A DNA stretch of 64,000 nt from Dehalococcoidia bacterium. Its GTDB lineage: Bacteria; Chloroflexota; Dehalococcoidia; Bin125. The notes under the pieces were generated by a model. That model was not told where the DNA came from, ran no database searches, and worked only from the letters and a program-made list of their open reading frames with translations. The translations under genes and the position numbers were made by a program. The stretch covers positions 224,001 through 288,000 of the forward strand of contig CAXXSR010000001.1 of assembly GCA_963662615.2 (NCBI GenBank), written 5' to 3'. Of the stretch, positions 62,712 to 64,000 are shown in pieces. Every line of letters starts with the position of its first letter. Position 1 is the first letter of the stretch.

Positions 62712-63026
62712 TTACCGTCCCTCCGAGGCGTGGTCCAGGCCCTGCGCGATGAGCGAGCGCGCGTGCGCGTCGGCGAGGCGGTGCCAGACCAGCTTCCCCT
62801 CGCGCCGGCTGGCGACCAAGTGGAGCTGGCGCAGCGTGCGCAGCTGGTGCGAGATCGCGGAATCGCTCAGCCCGAAGGCGGCCGCCAGCTCACTGGTGGT
62901 GTGTTGGCTGCGGCTGAGGGCGTAGAGGATGCGCAGGCGCGTGGGGTCGGAGAGTGCGCCGAACACCTCCGTCATCTGCGCCGCCTGCTCCCAGGGCAGA
63001 AGGGCGGGGCTCGTCGCGACCGTCAC
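62712..63026 (-). CDS. ArsR/SmtB metalloregulator with alpha5 site (CzrA/SmtB-like)
   Basis: ALSDPTRLRIL, SAISHQLRTLR; DAHx10HASE matches DxHx10Hx2E; GAGGTG RBS before GTG 63026. Confidence 0.92.
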   Translation of the reverse strand: MTVATSPALLPWEQAAQMTEVFGALSDPTRLRILYALSRSQHTTSELAAAFGLSDSAISHQLRTLRQLHLVASRREGKLVWHRLADAHARSLIAQGLDHASEGR

Positions 63027-63048
63027 CGCGCACCTCGACAGTGAAACA

Positions 63049-63070
63049 ATTGCACCATTGCTCAATCATA
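63049..63070 (-). promoter_or_regulatory. -10 element and overlapping candidate ArsR operator
   Basis: TATGAT (63065-63070) overlapping the imperfect palindrome ATTGAGCAATGGTGCAAT. Confidence 0.55.
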
Positions 63071-63103
63071 GTGGCAAGCCCGCAGGGTGGCAAGCGCGGC
63101 ATC

Positions 63104-63168
63104 GCCGTCGGGACAGGCCGTCGGGACAGGTCGCCGGGAGAGGCCGCTGGGAGAGGCCGCTGGGACGC
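63104..63168. repeat. 5 x 13-bp degenerate tandem repeat
   Basis: GCCGTCGGGACAG x2, GTCGCCGGGAGAG, GCCGCTGGGAGAG, GCCGCTGGGACGC. Confidence 0.85.
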
Positions 63169-63192
63169 TCGCGGGGCGCCCGGCTGTGGCGC

Positions 63193-63999
63193 TTAGCCGG
63201 CGGCGCTGAGATCGGCGAGGCGCTGCACGAAATCGACCAGCCACTGCCCGTCGACCTCAATGAGGTCGAAGCGGATCCTCACGCTCGGCTGGTCGCCGGC
63301 CCCGTCCAGCTCAATGGTCGCCCGGCTGCGCGCCCCCGACAGCTCCGACGTCGTGGCGGCAACCGTTCCCCCCACACCTACGTCGCGGAGCTTCTGCAGA
63401 TCGCGACTCACATCGTCGGCCGACTCCCAGCCCCAGATGTCCAGCGCTTCCGGTCCCGCCAGCGCAAAGAGCGTGACGGCGTCGCCCTGCTGGATGGCGT
63501 CCAGGTACGTGTTCGCGACCGATTCCACACGGCCGCTGATGGCCGGGTCCGCTGTCGGCGCCTCCTCTTGCAGCCGCACCGAGATCTGGTAGGGGCCCAG
63601 CTTCCGGCTCACGGACGCCACCTGCACCTGGTAGGTCCCCGTGGTGGGCAGCTGCAAAAGCAGCTCCGCGTCCAGGGCGTGGCCGCCGTCGTCGTCCTTC
63701 AGCAAGAACACCAGGTCCGGGTCGAAGAGTTCCGCGATGGTATCAACGCCGATAGCGCCGTCCACTACCACCACCACGCGTTGCTCCGCCTCGCCGCTGA
63801 ACCTGAACTCGTCAATGTCGTCCAGGTCGCCCAGCATCCCCTGGACCGTCCCGCCGATGTCGATCAGAGCGGGTTCATAGTCCAGGTCCTCCGGCAGCCG
63901 CTCCACGGTAATGACGAACCGCCCCACGGACGCCTCGTCGAACGCCTCCACCCGCACCACCTGGAGCCCGCCGCTGGGCAGCCGCGCGATGATGAGCGA
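63193..63999 (-). CDS. PPC (pre-peptidase C-terminal) domain protein, 5' end outside window
   Basis: DEFRFSG, DTIAELFDPD, DDDGG, LPTTGTYQV PPC-like motifs; NTF2-like C-terminus (DGQWLVD). Confidence 0.7.
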   Translation of the reverse strand, partial: SLIIARLPSGGLQVVRVEAFDEASVGRFVITVERLPEDLDYEPALIDIGGTVQGMLGDLDDIDEFRFSGEAEQRVVVVVDGAIGVDTIAELFDPDLVFLLKDDDGGHALDAELLLQLPTTGTYQVQVASVSRKLGPYQISVRLQEEAPTADPAISGRVESVANTYLDAIQQGDAVTLFALAGPEALDIWGWESADDVSRDLQKLRDVGVGGTVAATTSELSGARSRATIELDGAGDQPSVRIRFDLIEVDGQWLVDFVQRLADLSAAG

Positions 64000-64000
64000 G

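Noticed and set aside
63104-63168. Short repeat arrays as CRISPR
   Set aside because: Units are 12-15 bp, directly adjacent, with no spacers and no cas genes

Overview
High-GC (~70% by eye) bacterial chromosomal segment whose gene content and protein features suggest Chloroflexota, probably Dehalococcoidia-like (inference). It is mostly housekeeping: PBP1A, gatCA, trpS/argS, recG-DegV-DAK2/rpmB, an argCJB-D-G-H-rpe cluster interrupted by a UPF0182 gene and a small hypothetical gene, nth, tupABC, pyk, a stand-alone groEL with a CIRCE element, sod, thiN, hopanoid genes hpnH/hpnG/hpnA, iscU, a GltD/SudA-like flavoprotein and an ArsR-CDF metal efflux pair. Two lower-GC two-gene cassettes sit directly downstream of tRNA-charging genes. 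One is a Schlafen/AlbA_2 protein plus an uncharacterised coupled partner after gatA, and it is the best candidate for an undescribed defence system. The other is an HTH-ImmA/IrrE peptidase plus a DUF4411 PIN-like protein after trpS. Also seen: at least five genes with a leaderless promoter layout (TAnnnT-6 nt-start), several degenerate 12-15 bp tandem repeats, four broken reading frames (some probably sequencing errors) and two gene remnants missed by the ORF track. No rRNA, tRNA, CRISPR array, integrase or transposase was recognised. All family calls come from motif recognition, not database searches.
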